Notes: generated from the sequence alone by a model not told the origin. Counted from the stretch's first letter, positions 30,181 to 40,895 are shown. The stretch: DNA of 64,000 bases from Promethearchaeota archaeon (GCA_048939765.1 JBHLPF010000007.1:1-64000), one strand, 5' to 3'. Made by a program: numbers and translations.

Positions 30181-30669
30181 CTAGAGTTTTCGAAGCTGGT
30201 GGTTCTCGATAACTGGATCAAGCTCCAAAACTTCAACCTTCAGCATCTTGTCACCTTGACGTATCTGCTTGACAACATCAAAGCCCTCGACTGTCTGACC
30301 AAACACTGTGTGCTTTCCATTAAGGTGTTTGCAGTTGTTCCCATTCAGAACTATAAAGAATTGGGACCCACCCGTGTCACGTCCTGCATGTGCCATTGAA
30401 AAGGCTCCATCACTGTGTTTCTGCCTGTGTCCACTTGTTTCACAGGGGATTCTGTATCCTGGACCGCCTGAACCAGTTCCTGTTGGGTCACCGCCCTGAA
30501 TCACGAAGTCAGGTACTACACGATGAAACATGAGACCGTCATAATAGCCGCTTTGAGCTAGTGTGACGAAGTTTTTGACGGTGTTGATAGCATCATCTGA
30601 CCAAAACTCTGCGACTATGTCACCCTTGTTTGTCTGAATCTTAATTCTAGTTGCCAAAGATATCACCAT
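30181..30669 (-). CDS. Cyclophilin-type peptidyl-prolyl isomerase
   Basis: FHRVVPDFVIQGGDP, SMAHAG, GSQFF, HTVFG. Confidence 0.95.
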   Translation of the reverse strand: MVISLATRIKIQTNKGDIVAEFWSDDAINTVKNFVTLAQSGYYDGLMFHRVVPDFVIQGGDPTGTGSGGPGYRIPCETSGHRQKHSDGAFSMAHAGRDTGGSQFFIVLNGNNCKHLNGKHTVFGQTVEGFDVVKQIRQGDKMLKVEVLELDPVIENHQLRKL

Positions 30670-30795
30670 GACAATTGCTAACCAGCCGTTTTGCCAGTTG
30701 TTTTTTCACAGTATGACTCCTTCTTAGAGGTTGCGAAGCGGTCATAGGTATTATGCTCATCATTCTTAAGCACACCAAACGACTCCCTCGCGGTC

Positions 30796-32001
30796 ATGAT
30801 AATAGAGAAAGAGTACAAAGAAGGCAGAATCACCTTCGTCAGTGCAGATGTGGACTATTATAGTGAGAATAAGAAGCAGCCAACTGCTGACATGCCAGTC
30901 TTCATGAATCCACGTATGCGCCTTAATCGTGACTTCTCTGTTCTCTTTCTCGCCGCGTATCTAGATGGAAATCCAATAGAACTGATGTGTGAACCACTTG
31001 CGGGATGCGGTGTCAGAACGCTCCGTTATCTGAAAGAGTGCCAAGGGACATTTGATGCATTGATGTTTGATGCGAATCCAAATGCCATTGAAACTATCAA
31101 CAAGAACATACAGCTTCTAGGACTCTCTGAGAGGGCTATGGCAAAGCTAGGAGATGCCAAGGTCCTTCTACTGACTGAATCGAGGGAGAGGAGATTTGAC
31201 TACGTGGATGTTGATCCATTTGGAACGCCTGCTCCGTACATGAGTGCGGCAATTCAATCAATGGGTCCCAAGGGAGGGCTTCTTGCCCTCACGGCTACCG
31301 ATATGGCATCACTCTATGGTGTCTATCCTAGAGTGGCTCTCAGGAAATACGGTGGTCTCTCGACTAGGACTCCATTCTCACACGAGCTTGCTGTGAGACT
31401 CTTGATTGGACATTCTTTCAATGTCGCAGGAGCCAACGACTACTCGGTCACGCCACTTGCGGTGCTAAGTACGGATCATTATATCAGAATCTGGCTCCGA
31501 ATCAGAGCTGACAGAAACGGAGCGAATCGCAATGTAGATGACATGGGGCTAGTCATGTATTGTCCGGAGTGCATGCATTCTGAAATGATTCCATTGAGGT
31601 CTAAACAGGAGTACTGGAAAATTGAGCATCAGAAGGATGATTGTTCTGGAAGGCTTGTCACTGCCGGTCCTCTCTGGATTGGCAGTCTCTACGATACAGA
31701 CATCTTGGACGCTGCGGAACGGATTGTTCCAGAAATGGAAGATGTGTTTGAGAAACGTGTCACAAAGATGCTACGGATGATGATTGATGAGTGTGTACTG
31801 GATACTAATCCGTTTATTGACATCCACGCACTCTGTGACCTACATAACCTGGTCCCTCCGAAGCTTGCAGAAATCATCTCCGCCCTTAGAGAGGCTGGAA
31901 ATCTTGCGGAACGGACCCATTTCAGACCAACGGCGATACGAACTAACGCCGCAGTAAGAGAAGTGGCTGAGATTGTAGCCGCACTTTCAGGAGAGAAGTA
32001 G
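30796..32001 (+). CDS. trm1: tRNA (guanine26-N2)-dimethyltransferase
   Basis: VFMNP.M..NRD, DVDPFGTP, TATD, GPLWIG, RTHF. Confidence 0.93.
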   Translation: MIIEKEYKEGRITFVSADVDYYSENKKQPTADMPVFMNPRMRLNRDFSVLFLAAYLDGNPIELMCEPLAGCGVRTLRYLKECQGTFDALMFDANPNAIETINKNIQLLGLSERAMAKLGDAKVLLLTESRERRFDYVDVDPFGTPAPYMSAAIQSMGPKGGLLALTATDMASLYGVYPRVALRKYGGLSTRTPFSHELAVRLLIGHSFNVAGANDYSVTPLAVLSTDHYIRIWLRIRADRNGANRNVDDMGLVMYCPECMHSEMIPLRSKQEYWKIEHQKDDCSGRLVTAGPLWIGSLYDTDILDAAERIVPEMEDVFEKRVTKMLRMMIDECVLDTNPFIDIHALCDLHNLVPPKLAEIISALREAGNLAERTHFRPTAIRTNAAVREVAEIVAALSGEK

Positions 32002-32003
32002 AC

Positions 32004-32624
32004 ATGCCTAGACCAAAGAAATCCCGGACGAAAGAACACTACTACAAGTCGGCCAAGGCCCATGGATACAGGGCTAGGAGTGCATACAAGCTTAGACAGA
32101 TTGCACAAAAACACAAGCTGCTTGATGATGTCGATACCGTAGTCGAACTCTGTAGTAGTCCGGGCGGATGGACTCAGGTGCTTCGAGAGATGGACAGTGG
32201 TCTAGAAATTGTGGCTGTTGATCTCAATCCAATGGCTCCAATTAAAGGAGTGACATTCATTCAAGGGGACATCTTGGAACCCAAGACACTGGACCAAATC
32301 AGGGCTGCAACCCGTGGGACCATTGATCTGGTCATATCCGACTGTGCGCCAAATGTGTCTGGAAACTGGGACTTGGACGTCTTCAGACAGCTCTCATTAG
32401 CTGAACGTGCTCTAGACATTGGAATGAAGCTATTGGATTCCAAAGGAAAGGTACTCACGAAGGTCTTCCAAGGCAGTGGATTCCAAGAGTTCCTTCAGAC
32501 GACTAGGAAGAAGTACCGTTCTGTCAAACTGGTAAAACCAGCAGCATCACGCCAGAGCAGTGCCGAGATCTATCTACTTGCGTTAGGACCAATTGGAAAG
32601 CCAGAAAATGAAATCGGGCACTAG
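32004..32624 (+). CDS. rlmE: 23S rRNA 2'-O-methyltransferase RlmE/FtsJ
   Basis: YRARSAYKL, SPGGWTQ, SDCAP, KVFQG, KP.ASR..S.EIY. Confidence 0.93.
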   Translation: MPRPKKSRTKEHYYKSAKAHGYRARSAYKLRQIAQKHKLLDDVDTVVELCSSPGGWTQVLREMDSGLEIVAVDLNPMAPIKGVTFIQGDILEPKTLDQIRAATRGTIDLVISDCAPNVSGNWDLDVFRQLSLAERALDIGMKLLDSKGKVLTKVFQGSGFQEFLQTTRKKYRSVKLVKPAASRQSSAEIYLLALGPIGKPENEIGH

Positions 32625-32974
32625 TTCGCCTGTGTACTGATCATCCAATCTTCAATTTCCCTGCAGCTAACAGGCGAGTCAGGCTGTCTAACACCACATC
32701 TGCTAATCTTCAGACAATGAAAACAGGGACACCCATTCATATCGGACAGACTACCATGGTCAGCCTCATCGCTGAAGTCCGCTCTCAGCATATACTTCTC
32801 TTCCTTTTGTTCTAGTTTCTGCACTTTGATTAGCCCCTTTGTCACAAGTTGCTCGATTTTATCGGTCAATTTGGCTGGTTTCATACCAAGGCTAGACGCT
32901 AGTTCATTGACGAGAAGACCCCTCTCCCCTGCCGCATTCAGAGCGTCCAGAATTGGGTCCATTTCATCGTTCAT
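32621..32974 (-). CDS. Winged-helix + C-terminal Cys4 protein, TFE-beta / RPC34(C39)-like
   Basis: N-terminal wHTH; CPCFHC...RC...SP.SC..I.DW motif. Confidence 0.7.
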   Translation of the reverse strand: MNDEMDPILDALNAAGERGLLVNELASSLGMKPAKLTDKIEQLVTKGLIKVQKLEQKEEKYMLRADFSDEADHGSLSDMNGCPCFHCLKISRCGVRQPDSPVSCREIEDWMISTQAN

Positions 32975-33084
32975 TGAGATGACCTTTGGCTAACACATGG
33001 CAACACACGACATTCAGCACGGATTGATATTTAGATTTCGGAAGAGGCTCCACATTTTCGACAATTGATGTACAGAAGTGTACA

Positions 33085-33327
33085 TTATTTTGAACGTTTA
33101 TAGAGATATAGAATCTGACCCACAAGCTTCTCTGCACTTTTCTTGTCCAAGGGTCGAACAGCCACATATGGGGTCTTCACAGGTCCAAACACATCAACAA
33201 TAGCTCCAATCTTCTCGGCATTTTTGTTCACAACGACTGATTTGTCGCCCATAGCAGGTGTCTTGTCTGTTTTGAGGATTAGAAACCCCCGTTTGGAAAC
33301 ATGTAACACTTTTCCGAGTCGTTTCAT
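33085..33327 (-). CDS. gar1: H/ACA RNP protein Gar1
   Basis: LGKVLH, IG.IVDVFGPVKTPY. Confidence 0.9.
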   Translation of the reverse strand: MKRLGKVLHVSKRGFLILKTDKTPAMGDKSVVVNKNAEKIGAIVDVFGPVKTPYVAVRPLDKKSAEKLVGQILYLYKRSK

Positions 33328-33353
33328 CAGAATCCACCGAGTTCCCAACAGAA

Positions 33354-33716
33354 CTATCGCTTCTTGCCTTTTCGTTTCTTCTTGCTCTTTTTCTTTTCCG
33401 CATCTTTCTTCGCGGATTCACGCTGTGCAACTATGCGTCTAACGCCCTTAGCCAACATTAGCAGTAGCCGCTTCTTCTTGTGTCCTTCAGGATTCTCTAC
33501 GACCAGATAGCCGCTCGCACTGCTCCAATTCCGAGGATATCGCTTGTCTGGTTCCAACTCATACTCAAACCCTGCAGATTCTGCAGCCTTCTGAAGGATT
33601 TCAACTGTGACTTCAGGCGCACCAAGATTCTTTGACACCCTCCGTCCTTGTGCTCTACTTAAGTTGGAATCCAAGTATGCGGGCCAAACAATAACCATTC
33701 CATCGCGTTTTCTCAT
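33354..33716 (-). CDS. srp19: Signal recognition particle protein SRP19
   Basis: [21 protein letters not shown]; Lys-rich tail; start MRKRDG. Confidence 0.92.
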   Translation of the reverse strand: MRKRDGMVIVWPAYLDSNLSRAQGRRVSKNLGAPEVTVEILQKAAESAGFEYELEPDKRYPRNWSSASGYLVVENPEGHKKKRLLLMLAKGVRRIVAQRESAKKDAEKKKSKKKRKGKKR

Positions 33717-33852
33717 TACTGCGAGATTCTCCTTGGTTCCGTGGACAGGCGCCCCCAGGACCAGTGTTCTTTTTATCTTTCCCATTCCGCGACGGACAAA
33801 GACCTTCATAAGAACGAATAGTCTCCTCAAGAATCAAGGAGCTGTTCTGATA

Positions 33853-34329
33853 TTGGCAAGGAAGAGCAAGGACGTCTACTTCTGCGAGATTGCAGACTTG
33901 GTATCATCGAGAAGCACTTGTCTAAGAAACCAAGTAGGAGCTGTAATCGTAAAGGAAGCACAGATTCTCAGTACGGGATACAACGGTGCGCCAAAGGGAC
34001 TGAAGCATTGTGAAGAGGTAGGTTGTATGCGCGAGGAGCTTGGTGTCAAACCTGGTGAACGACACGAGCTCTGTCGTGGTCTTCATGCTGAGCAGAACGC
34101 CGTCATTCAGGCTGCCTATCATGGTGTAAGTGTGAATGGTGCTATGATATTCTGCACAACAAGACCCTGTAGTATTTGCACCAAGATCCTAATCAATGCA
34201 GGAATCAAGGAGATAGTGTACATCGAACACTATGAGGACAAGCTTGCAGCCCAGCTTATAGATGAGGCAGGGCTCAAGCTGAGACAAGTCGAGATTCCTA
34301 GAAAATATGGAAGGAACTCTTCCAAGTAG
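33853..34329 (+). CDS. dCMP deaminase family protein
   Basis: RSTC..QVGAV, TGYNG, HAEQNA, PCSIC; TTG start at LARKSKD. Confidence 0.9.
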   Translation: MARKSKDVYFCEIADLVSSRSTCLRNQVGAVIVKEAQILSTGYNGAPKGLKHCEEVGCMREELGVKPGERHELCRGLHAEQNAVIQAAYHGVSVNGAMIFCTTRPCSICTKILINAGIKEIVYIEHYEDKLAAQLIDEAGLKLRQVEIPRKYGRNSSK

Positions 34330-34422
34330 GTGTAGGCGCCAACTTGGGAAAGGCACCGGTTCTCTGGAAAGCTTAAAGTACGACATCAGTTGCTCATCGG
34401 CCAATAGCTGGAGAGGCGCCTG

Positions 34423-35337
34423 ATGCGAAGTTTGCACAATCTGATCAGCATACATGACCTCGACCGGACCACGATAGACAAGATTCTCAAGACTGCTGAG
34501 GAGATGGAATCTGTTGCCGTCGAAAGGTCAAACGAATTGAGTGGCAAGATTATGGCGACTCTCTTCTTTGAACCATCGACTAGGACTCGGCTTTCATTTG
34601 AGAGTGCAATGATCAGGTTAGGCGGACGTGTTCTTGGATTTGCAGATGTGATCTCATCATCAGCTGGAGGTAAGGGGGAAACTCTTGCAGATACAATCCG
34701 TACAGTCGAAAGATATGCAGACATCATTGTGATACGACACCCCTTGGATGGCTCGGCAAGAGTCGCTGCAGAGTTTTCAAGCGTCCCTATAATCAATGCT
34801 GGCAGTGGTTCTGAAGAACATCCAACACAAGCACTCCTCGATCTCTATTCCATTAAGAAGATAAAAGGTACAATAGACGGCCTCTCAATCTCGCTCTGTG
34901 GAGATTTGAGGTACGGCAGAACTGTTCATTCTCTCGGGATGGCCCTCTCATACTACGATGTCAATGTCAAGCTGGCTGCCCCGCCCACATTGAGAATGAA
35001 GCCAGCAATCGTTGAGGAAATGAAGAAATCAGGCATCAAGGTCACTGAAGTCGAATCTGTTGAGGATGCAATTAGCGACGTGGATGTTGTTTACATGACT
35101 CGTATCCAGAAGGAACGCTTTCCTGATGTGAACGAGTATGACGAAGTTAGAGGCAAGTTCCGAATCACAGCTGATGATCTAAAGCTGATGCGTGAGGATG
35201 CTATCATCCTTCACCCCCTTCCTCGTGTTGATGAACTCTCTTCAGAGATTGACAATACACCACATGCGAAGTATTTCGATCAAGTATATAGTGGCGTGGT
35301 GACGAGGATGGCCATCTTGAAGATGATACTTGGCTAA
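34423..35337 (+). CDS. pyrB: Aspartate carbamoyltransferase catalytic subunit
   Basis: FFEPSTRT, HPTQ, RIQKER, HPLP. Confidence 0.97.
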   Translation: MRSLHNLISIHDLDRTTIDKILKTAEEMESVAVERSNELSGKIMATLFFEPSTRTRLSFESAMIRLGGRVLGFADVISSSAGGKGETLADTIRTVERYADIIVIRHPLDGSARVAAEFSSVPIINAGSGSEEHPTQALLDLYSIKKIKGTIDGLSISLCGDLRYGRTVHSLGMALSYYDVNVKLAAPPTLRMKPAIVEEMKKSGIKVTEVESVEDAISDVDVVYMTRIQKERFPDVNEYDEVRGKFRITADDLKLMREDAIILHPLPRVDELSSEIDNTPHAKYFDQVYSGVVTRMAILKMILG

Positions 35338-36074
35338 TCTGGACCTATGCTGCGGAGTTCTCGAACAAGCGTGTCAAGTGAACTAATCTTGCTGACTGCT
35401 AGAGGAATTCTCATCTGTTCTGAGAGCTCAAGCGCAAGTCTATCAACTTCATCTACGCCATGTAGGATGACTAGAGTTGGTTTGAATTCTTGGGATTTTA
35501 TTGCAATCATCGGAGCGCGTCCAGTATTTGCTTTTGTGAATATCAGACATCGTTCAGTTGTAGCGCCGAAGAGCTTCAAGAACCCTTCACTGCTAAGCTC
35601 TTTCACAGCCCGTTCGACATCAACCAAAGTGTATCCGTAGATCTCTTTGTCCAAGAGATTCGCTCCAGTCTTGACACTACACTTTAATCTCTTGCAGAAG
35701 TCGTCCATAGTCATAGGGGACATGAAATCGCTCATGGCCAAGACTATGTTCAGATCAACAAGACTCACATCCATGAGACGAACAAATGCGGCAATCACCT
35801 GACCACCATTCCGCTCGTCAAGTGATATCAGTGCCATCACAAAACGCCTTATAGTTGATGTACCTGGTGATTTCCTCCGTCCTGACTCATAGTCACTGAT
35901 AACACTCGGACTAATGCCAATGAAGTCAGCAAGCTCGATTTGAGGGAGTCGAAAGCGTTCTCTCCAGACACGCATGGTCTTCCCTGGGTAATCAGACAAT
36001 GCTATCTCGCCGGCAATACGTCGTGCAAGTCTCTCCCTGACAGACGACTGCATTGACATAGCTGAGCCTCTCAT
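35334..36074 (-). CDS. Conserved archaeal XRE-type HTH transcriptional regulator
   Basis: IAGEI, SPSVISDYESGRRKSPG, TGRAPMIAI. Confidence 0.85.
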   Translation of the reverse strand: MRGSAMSMQSSVRERLARRIAGEIALSDYPGKTMRVWRERFRLPQIELADFIGISPSVISDYESGRRKSPGTSTIRRFVMALISLDERNGGQVIAAFVRLMDVSLVDLNIVLAMSDFMSPMTMDDFCKRLKCSVKTGANLLDKEIYGYTLVDVERAVKELSSEGFLKLFGATTERCLIFTKANTGRAPMIAIKSQEFKPTLVILHGVDEVDRLALELSEQMRIPLAVSKISSLDTLVRELRSIGPD

Positions 36075-36159
36075 AGTTCAGTGATAAGGATTTCGACTAT
36101 TGCCGAAGTCACTCTTGAGATGCCAATCTAGGAGAAGACCGAATCAGGCCTTCCAGAGA

Positions 36160-36268
36160 TGGTGGGCCGGAGGAGATTCGAACTCCTGATCCCCTGGAGA
36201 CCTGCTTGCAGACCTGATGGTCACCAAGTCCCAAACCAGGAATCATAGCCAAGCTAGACCACCGACCC
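36160..36268 (-). tRNA. tRNA-Pro(TGG) with 31-nt canonical 37/38 intron (36199-36229), CCA encoded
   Basis: CCTGG-TT-TGG-G[intron]T-CCAGG; BHB: TTTG/CAGG central helix, GGA and TCT bulges, CTTG/CAAG outer helix. Confidence 0.93.
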
Positions 36269-36329
36269 TGTTGGTAGACGGAGTGTCCTTACTTACGGTT
36301 ATAAGAATAGCGGAGCCTATCTTTGAAAT

Positions 36330-38018
36330 CTACAACTCTAGGATGATTCCCTGAAGCGGTTCTAATCGAATGATGTCATCTTCAATTGGATTTGAGTCCC
36401 TCAGTACGGAGAATAGTACTTTGGGCTGCGTATGCGGTTTCTCAACTGAGATGCTCTTCTTAGACATATTCAACCAGACTTGCACTGACTGTTTGTCGAA
36501 TTCTCGCTCAAAGGCGAGAACATTCCTTCGATTGGTTCGCAATTCAATCAGATTCAGTGAGCCTGAATGAAGTGCTGGCGTGTTTCTGCGAAGATGTAAC
36601 AAGTCCCTATAGAAATGAAGCAACGAATCACTATCTGACTCTTCAATCTCTACATTGATTTCTTCAAAACCCGGTGCTATCGATAACCATGGGTCAGAGT
36701 CGTCTGGACAGAAGCCTGCATTTGGTGAGGCGTTCCATTGCATTGGGGTTCTGCATTCATCTCGGTTGAGAGTGATTCTTCCACTTCTTGTCAAAAGATT
36801 GACCAGAATCTGAGGAATCCCACTGAATTTCTTGGCGATGGGATCCTGTCCTCTCTTGAGTGGGATTTTGTAGCTCGGCATCCCAATCTCTTCACCATAG
36901 TAGATGAAAGGAACGCCTCGTACGGTCAGTTGTATCATGACGTTGAGCTTTGCAAGTGCAAAATCATTACCAAGTTTGCTGATTCTACGTGCCTGGTCAT
37001 GATTGGAGAATACCCATGTTGGCATGTATGGTTCTGGGAGGAATCGCTCATATTCTTCAATCAAGTGTCGAAGAGCTTCTGCATATGGTTTGACATTGAG
37101 TGATTGGAACTGGAAAGTCAGGTGAAGGCCATCTGTTTTAGCATCCACAATCTCACCGGAATATCTCTTCAAGACTTCAAGAGAAGATGTAATCTCTCCA
37201 ACTAGGAATCGCTCGGGGTTGGAATATTCATCCATGATGCGCCTCAATTCCTTCACGAAGGCATAGTTCTCAGGGTGGTTGATTGTATGGATGTTGTTCT
37301 GGAACATGCCCCTTGCGTCTTCATCAGAGGGGAAGAGAGAGAACGCAAATGGATTGTCCCTGAGCTGCTCATCCTCGTAGATTGTATTGATGATATCGAG
37401 GCGAAATCCATCCACTCCCTTGTCTAACCAGAATCGCATCGTATCATTCATCTCTCTCTTGATGTCAGGATTACGATAATTGAGGTCTGGTTGAAAGGGT
37501 AAGAACTGCGCCCAATACCATTGCTCGGTCAGTTCATCATAATGCCATCCTGAACCTCCTACCATAGATTTCCAGTTATTCGGAGGCTTCTTGCCGTCTG
37601 GCATTTTGCCATCACGCCATATATACCAGTCACGCTTTGGATTCTCTCGGCTTGAGCGCGATTCTAGGAACCATGGGTGCTGGTCACTTGTATGATTGAG
37701 GACCATATCAAATACGACATGCATAGCCCGATTGTGGATCTCCTGGATGAGCATGTTACAGTCCGCCATTGTGCCATACTCTGGTGCGATATCTCGGTAG
37801 TCGCTCACATCATACCCGTGGTCTGCTTGAGGACTCGTAAAGAAAGGCGAAAACCAAATGGTTTCAATTCCCAGATCCTGCAAATAGTCCAACTTTGAGA
37901 TTATCCCAGGGATGTCGCCAACCCCATTACCTGTACTGTCTTTGAAACTACGTGGATAGACCTGATACACAGTAGTCTTCTTCCACCATGGGATGAGTTT
38001 GGGATTCTTCCCTCGCAC
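36330..38018 (-). CDS. GH13 alpha-glucosidase/oligo-1,6-glucosidase
   Basis: WWK...YQVYPRSF, VLNHTS, DGFRLD, VGE, SNHD, YYGEEIG, RDECRTPMQW. Confidence 0.93.
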   Translation of the reverse strand: MRGKNPKLIPWWKKTTVYQVYPRSFKDSTGNGVGDIPGIISKLDYLQDLGIETIWFSPFFTSPQADHGYDVSDYRDIAPEYGTMADCNMLIQEIHNRAMHVVFDMVLNHTSDQHPWFLESRSSRENPKRDWYIWRDGKMPDGKKPPNNWKSMVGGSGWHYDELTEQWYWAQFLPFQPDLNYRNPDIKREMNDTMRFWLDKGVDGFRLDIINTIYEDEQLRDNPFAFSLFPSDEDARGMFQNNIHTINHPENYAFVKELRRIMDEYSNPERFLVGEITSSLEVLKRYSGEIVDAKTDGLHLTFQFQSLNVKPYAEALRHLIEEYERFLPEPYMPTWVFSNHDQARRISKLGNDFALAKLNVMIQLTVRGVPFIYYGEEIGMPSYKIPLKRGQDPIAKKFSGIPQILVNLLTRSGRITLNRDECRTPMQWNASPNAGFCPDDSDPWLSIAPGFEEINVEIEESDSDSLLHFYRDLLHLRRNTPALHSGSLNLIELRTNRRNVLAFEREFDKQSVQVWLNMSKKSISVEKPHTQPKVLFSVLRDSNPIEDDIIRLEPLQGIILEL

Positions 38019-38176
38019 TCGGGATTCCTCGTGTGTGTCAGACTATAACCCCCTCTTTTCTGTTCTTACTTCAGCCACATTGAAGTCTTGATGAAGTCCG
38101 ACATTTGGACGGGAATTTTACGTTTCAGTAATGAATAAGGTCATAAATAACTCCGCGGTAATCGATAGCGAGTAAG

Positions 38177-38422
38177 ATGAGTCTACTTGGTCCTGACGAT
38201 TTCGACCTAGATAGAAAAGGTCGCAAGAAGAAACTTGCAAAGGACCTTGCGCCTTCAATTGCGAAGGAGGTTGAAAGGTGGCTGGACAGGGAGGACGATC
38301 CTGAGGCTTTTAGGAGAGTATCAGAGTTGGTGGGTCCAGAAGAGGCCACCCGTCTGTTTGCTAGACGGCGAAAACAGACTAGAAAATCGAAACCCAAAGA
38401 CCCTCTGCTCGAAGACCAATGA
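38177..38422 (+). CDS. Small charged hypothetical protein
   Basis: 81-aa ATG ORF filling the gap, AT-rich promoter-like sequence upstream. Confidence 0.55.
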   Translation: MSLLGPDDFDLDRKGRKKKLAKDLAPSIAKEVERWLDREDDPEAFRRVSELVGPEEATRLFARRRKQTRKSKPKDPLLEDQ

Positions 38423-38432
38423 AGGGACCGCT

Positions 38433-38798
38433 TTGACAACAAATAGGCATGAGCTTGATGAAGAAACACAGCAAAGCAACTTGAGAACAGCCTTAGCATT
38501 CATTCGCACGATAGACGCGGAGAAGAGAACCCACTTAGCTGAATTGCGAACGGGAATCGGTATATTGACAATACCAATGTCGCTATTGACAATTCTGATT
38601 GCCACATCAAACTACTACTCGATCAACGAATTTCTGCCTGTCATAGCGGGGCTTGTTGTAGGTATAGTCATACTCCTCTTTATTGGGGGCTATCTTGTGG
38701 TCATCGCCCTAAGAGATATCAGAGGAGACGACCGCCTCCGGGCATCGTGCGATGACCTCTCGTACCTGGTGGCAGAGTTCAATAACGATGACGATTAG
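38433..38798 (+). CDS. Two-TM membrane protein (DUF202/YidH-like)
   Basis: AEKRTHLAELRTGI motif plus two TMs; TTG start assumed. Confidence 0.6.
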   Translation: MTTNRHELDEETQQSNLRTALAFIRTIDAEKRTHLAELRTGIGILTIPMSLLTILIATSNYYSINEFLPVIAGLVVGIVILLFIGGYLVVIALRDIRGDDRLRASCDDLSYLVAEFNNDDD

Positions 38799-38804
38799 AA
38801 GAAG

Positions 38805-38882
38805 TGGAGCCCCAGGAGGGATTTGAACCCTCGGCCTCCTCCTTACCAAGGAGGCGATCTAACCAGTCTGAGCTACTGAGGC
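38805..38882 (-). tRNA. tRNA-Thr(GGT), CCA encoded
   Basis: GCCTCAG acceptor stem, CCTCC-TT-GGT-AA-GGAGG, GAGGG-TTCAAAT-CCCTC. Confidence 0.95.
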
Positions 38883-38994
38883 ATCCGTTATGACAGGGCT
38901 CACAGAGCGATGTCATTTCGCAGTCCGCACTGAGATTGGACATAAAGCTTTCGACGTGGAGCAGGGAGAACAAATAGGTGTTTCAGAGGAATCT

Positions 38995-39891
38995 CTATTT
39001 GAACAGCTCATGAAGGTGAATCTGATGCTCTCCCAGTTTTCCACCATAATTGCCTGCAGTCATCTTTGTGATGCCAGGATATTTGCAGACCTCTTCGATA
39101 GCGACCTTAGTGGCTTTGGCAACTGCTTCTTTAGTCAGGCCGTTGATCACTATCTCCTGCGCGAACTCACTGCCCTTTGGCATCATGGTATCAGGTACTA
39201 ATGCACGCAACGTTGGACAGAATTTCTCGTTTGTCGACGCAAAAAGAACCTTGTATCGCGATGATGGTTTGGATCCTGAGCCTACCAGCCCTCCAGGGAA
39301 TGGCGTGTAGGCACCCTCAACCTTCTCTATAGCCTTGACTGCAGCTTTACCACTGTCCATGCCGCTCTTTACATCTTTGCAGGTGTAGATAATATTGCCG
39401 CCAGCAACTCCCTTCACACGGCCGAAGAGATTCTGCATGACACAGGTCCCGCTCATCCTTGGAATCAGCCATAGAACTCTTCCATCGATTGGACCCTTCT
39501 TGGTCTGATAGCCATCTCCAAACAATGATACCTTCTTCCCTATCTCATAGAGGTCCTTGGGATTAGGGGTGTCATCAAAGGCGCTCGCTGTTGGGCTTGT
39601 GAGAACGCACTGACCTAGTCTGGCTAGCAATTGCGGCTCGAGTTTCTTCTTCGAACCAACTGCAAATATCACTCTGACGCCGGGTCGACCGTCTGGAGTT
39701 TCATCGGGTCCAAGCAAGTACTCAATTCCTGCCTCTGCGGGAGCCATAATCACTGAAGTGCCAAACCCTGTTGCCTCCAAGGCAGTCGTATAGGCCCACT
39801 CTTGATCATAGGCAGTAATGATGGTCCTGTTCATATGCATACTGAATGCTTCTGCAAATGTGTCCTCGATTGGTACACCGTTGATCTCCAT
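38995..39891 (-). CDS. ftr: Formylmethanofuran--H4MPT N-formyltransferase
   Basis: MEINGV.IEDTFAEAF, TGFGTSVI, TPDGRPG, AGNYGGKLG. Confidence 0.95.
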   Translation of the reverse strand: MEINGVPIEDTFAEAFSMHMNRTIITAYDQEWAYTTALEATGFGTSVIMAPAEAGIEYLLGPDETPDGRPGVRVIFAVGSKKKLEPQLLARLGQCVLTSPTASAFDDTPNPKDLYEIGKKVSLFGDGYQTKKGPIDGRVLWLIPRMSGTCVMQNLFGRVKGVAGGNIIYTCKDVKSGMDSGKAAVKAIEKVEGAYTPFPGGLVGSGSKPSSRYKVLFASTNEKFCPTLRALVPDTMMPKGSEFAQEIVINGLTKEAVAKATKVAIEEVCKYPGITKMTAGNYGGKLGEHQIHLHELFK

Positions 39892-40028
39892 CTCGCGCAC
39901 CACTGTATTTGGTGTGAGTACGGGCAACACTTGTGCTATTTCTTTCTTACCTATTTAGGCAAGTCGGCCGTTCAGAGGTTTTAAGAGGAGGAAAGGATTC
40001 GAACATCGTCATTAGGATGGTCTGACTC

Positions 40029-40883
40029 ATGACTGTGCATCTGAAGTTGACCAAGGAACCGGACATCCCTCTAGAAGCTGACACCATAACTCCGACCCAT
40101 TTTGCAGGGAAGAGCGCTGCAGAGATAGGAAAGCTTCCAGTTCTTCAGGGAAATCAGACCTTTGAACTTGCGACCTTCTTTGATATCTCTGGAGATGCAG
40201 GTGCCACTGCCGACGAGACTGAGATTGTTGTGAGTGGCAATTTGAAAGATGTCAAGATGATAGGCAAGGGTATGAATGGGGGAAGAATCACCGTGGAAGG
40301 AGATGTTGGCATGTATCTAGGTGCTGAGATGATAGCAGGCAGAATACACGTCAAGGGCTCCGTGGGCTCATGGGCCGCTGCAGAGATGGAGGGTGGAAAC
40401 ATCCAGATAGAAGGAGATGCTGGTGATTACCTCTGTGCCGGCTATCGTGGTAGTCCAGATGGGATGAAAGGAGGCAGGGTCTATGTCGCAGGTAATGTGG
40501 GACGCGAGATGGGCGCCCATATGAGAAAGGGCTTCATCGCAGTGAAAGGCGATGTAGACACACTTGCAGGAGTCAGAATGAAAGGGGGAACAATCATAGT
40601 TGTAGGGAATATCGCAGACCGTCTTGGTGTTGAGGCCACGAAGGGTATGATATTCTGCCTAGGAAAGGTGGATTCGCTACTGCCCACCTACAAGTTCAGT
40701 GGCAGTTCTGAGAGAGAGTTCACGAACTACTACTTGAAATACCTGAAGTCGCGCAGACCAGACTTCATCAGTGAAGACCTGGACCTTGCTGAAAAATGGG
40801 CGAAGTTCATGGGCGACTTTGCAGAGGGCGATCCGAAACAGGAGATCTATCTGCGTGAAACAGCAAATCAACACTTACTCTGA
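40029..40883 (+). CDS. fwdC: Formylmethanofuran dehydrogenase subunit C
   Basis: Repeated M.GG.I.V.G beta-helix, YRG...GMKGG. Confidence 0.92.
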   Translation: MTVHLKLTKEPDIPLEADTITPTHFAGKSAAEIGKLPVLQGNQTFELATFFDISGDAGATADETEIVVSGNLKDVKMIGKGMNGGRITVEGDVGMYLGAEMIAGRIHVKGSVGSWAAAEMEGGNIQIEGDAGDYLCAGYRGSPDGMKGGRVYVAGNVGREMGAHMRKGFIAVKGDVDTLAGVRMKGGTIIVVGNIADRLGVEATKGMIFCLGKVDSLLPTYKFSGSSEREFTNYYLKYLKSRRPDFISEDLDLAEKWAKFMGDFAEGDPKQEIYLRETANQHLL

Positions 40884-40895
40884 GGAGAGAGGAGT

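Noticed and set aside
33607-33852. Overlapping N-terminal extensions of dCMP deaminase and SRP19 in the ORF track
   Set aside because: Family-like sequence begins at 33853 and 33716; the extensions are start-call artefacts.
36199-36229. tRNA-Pro intron as a novelty
   Set aside because: Canonical 37/38 position with a standard BHB; common in archaea.
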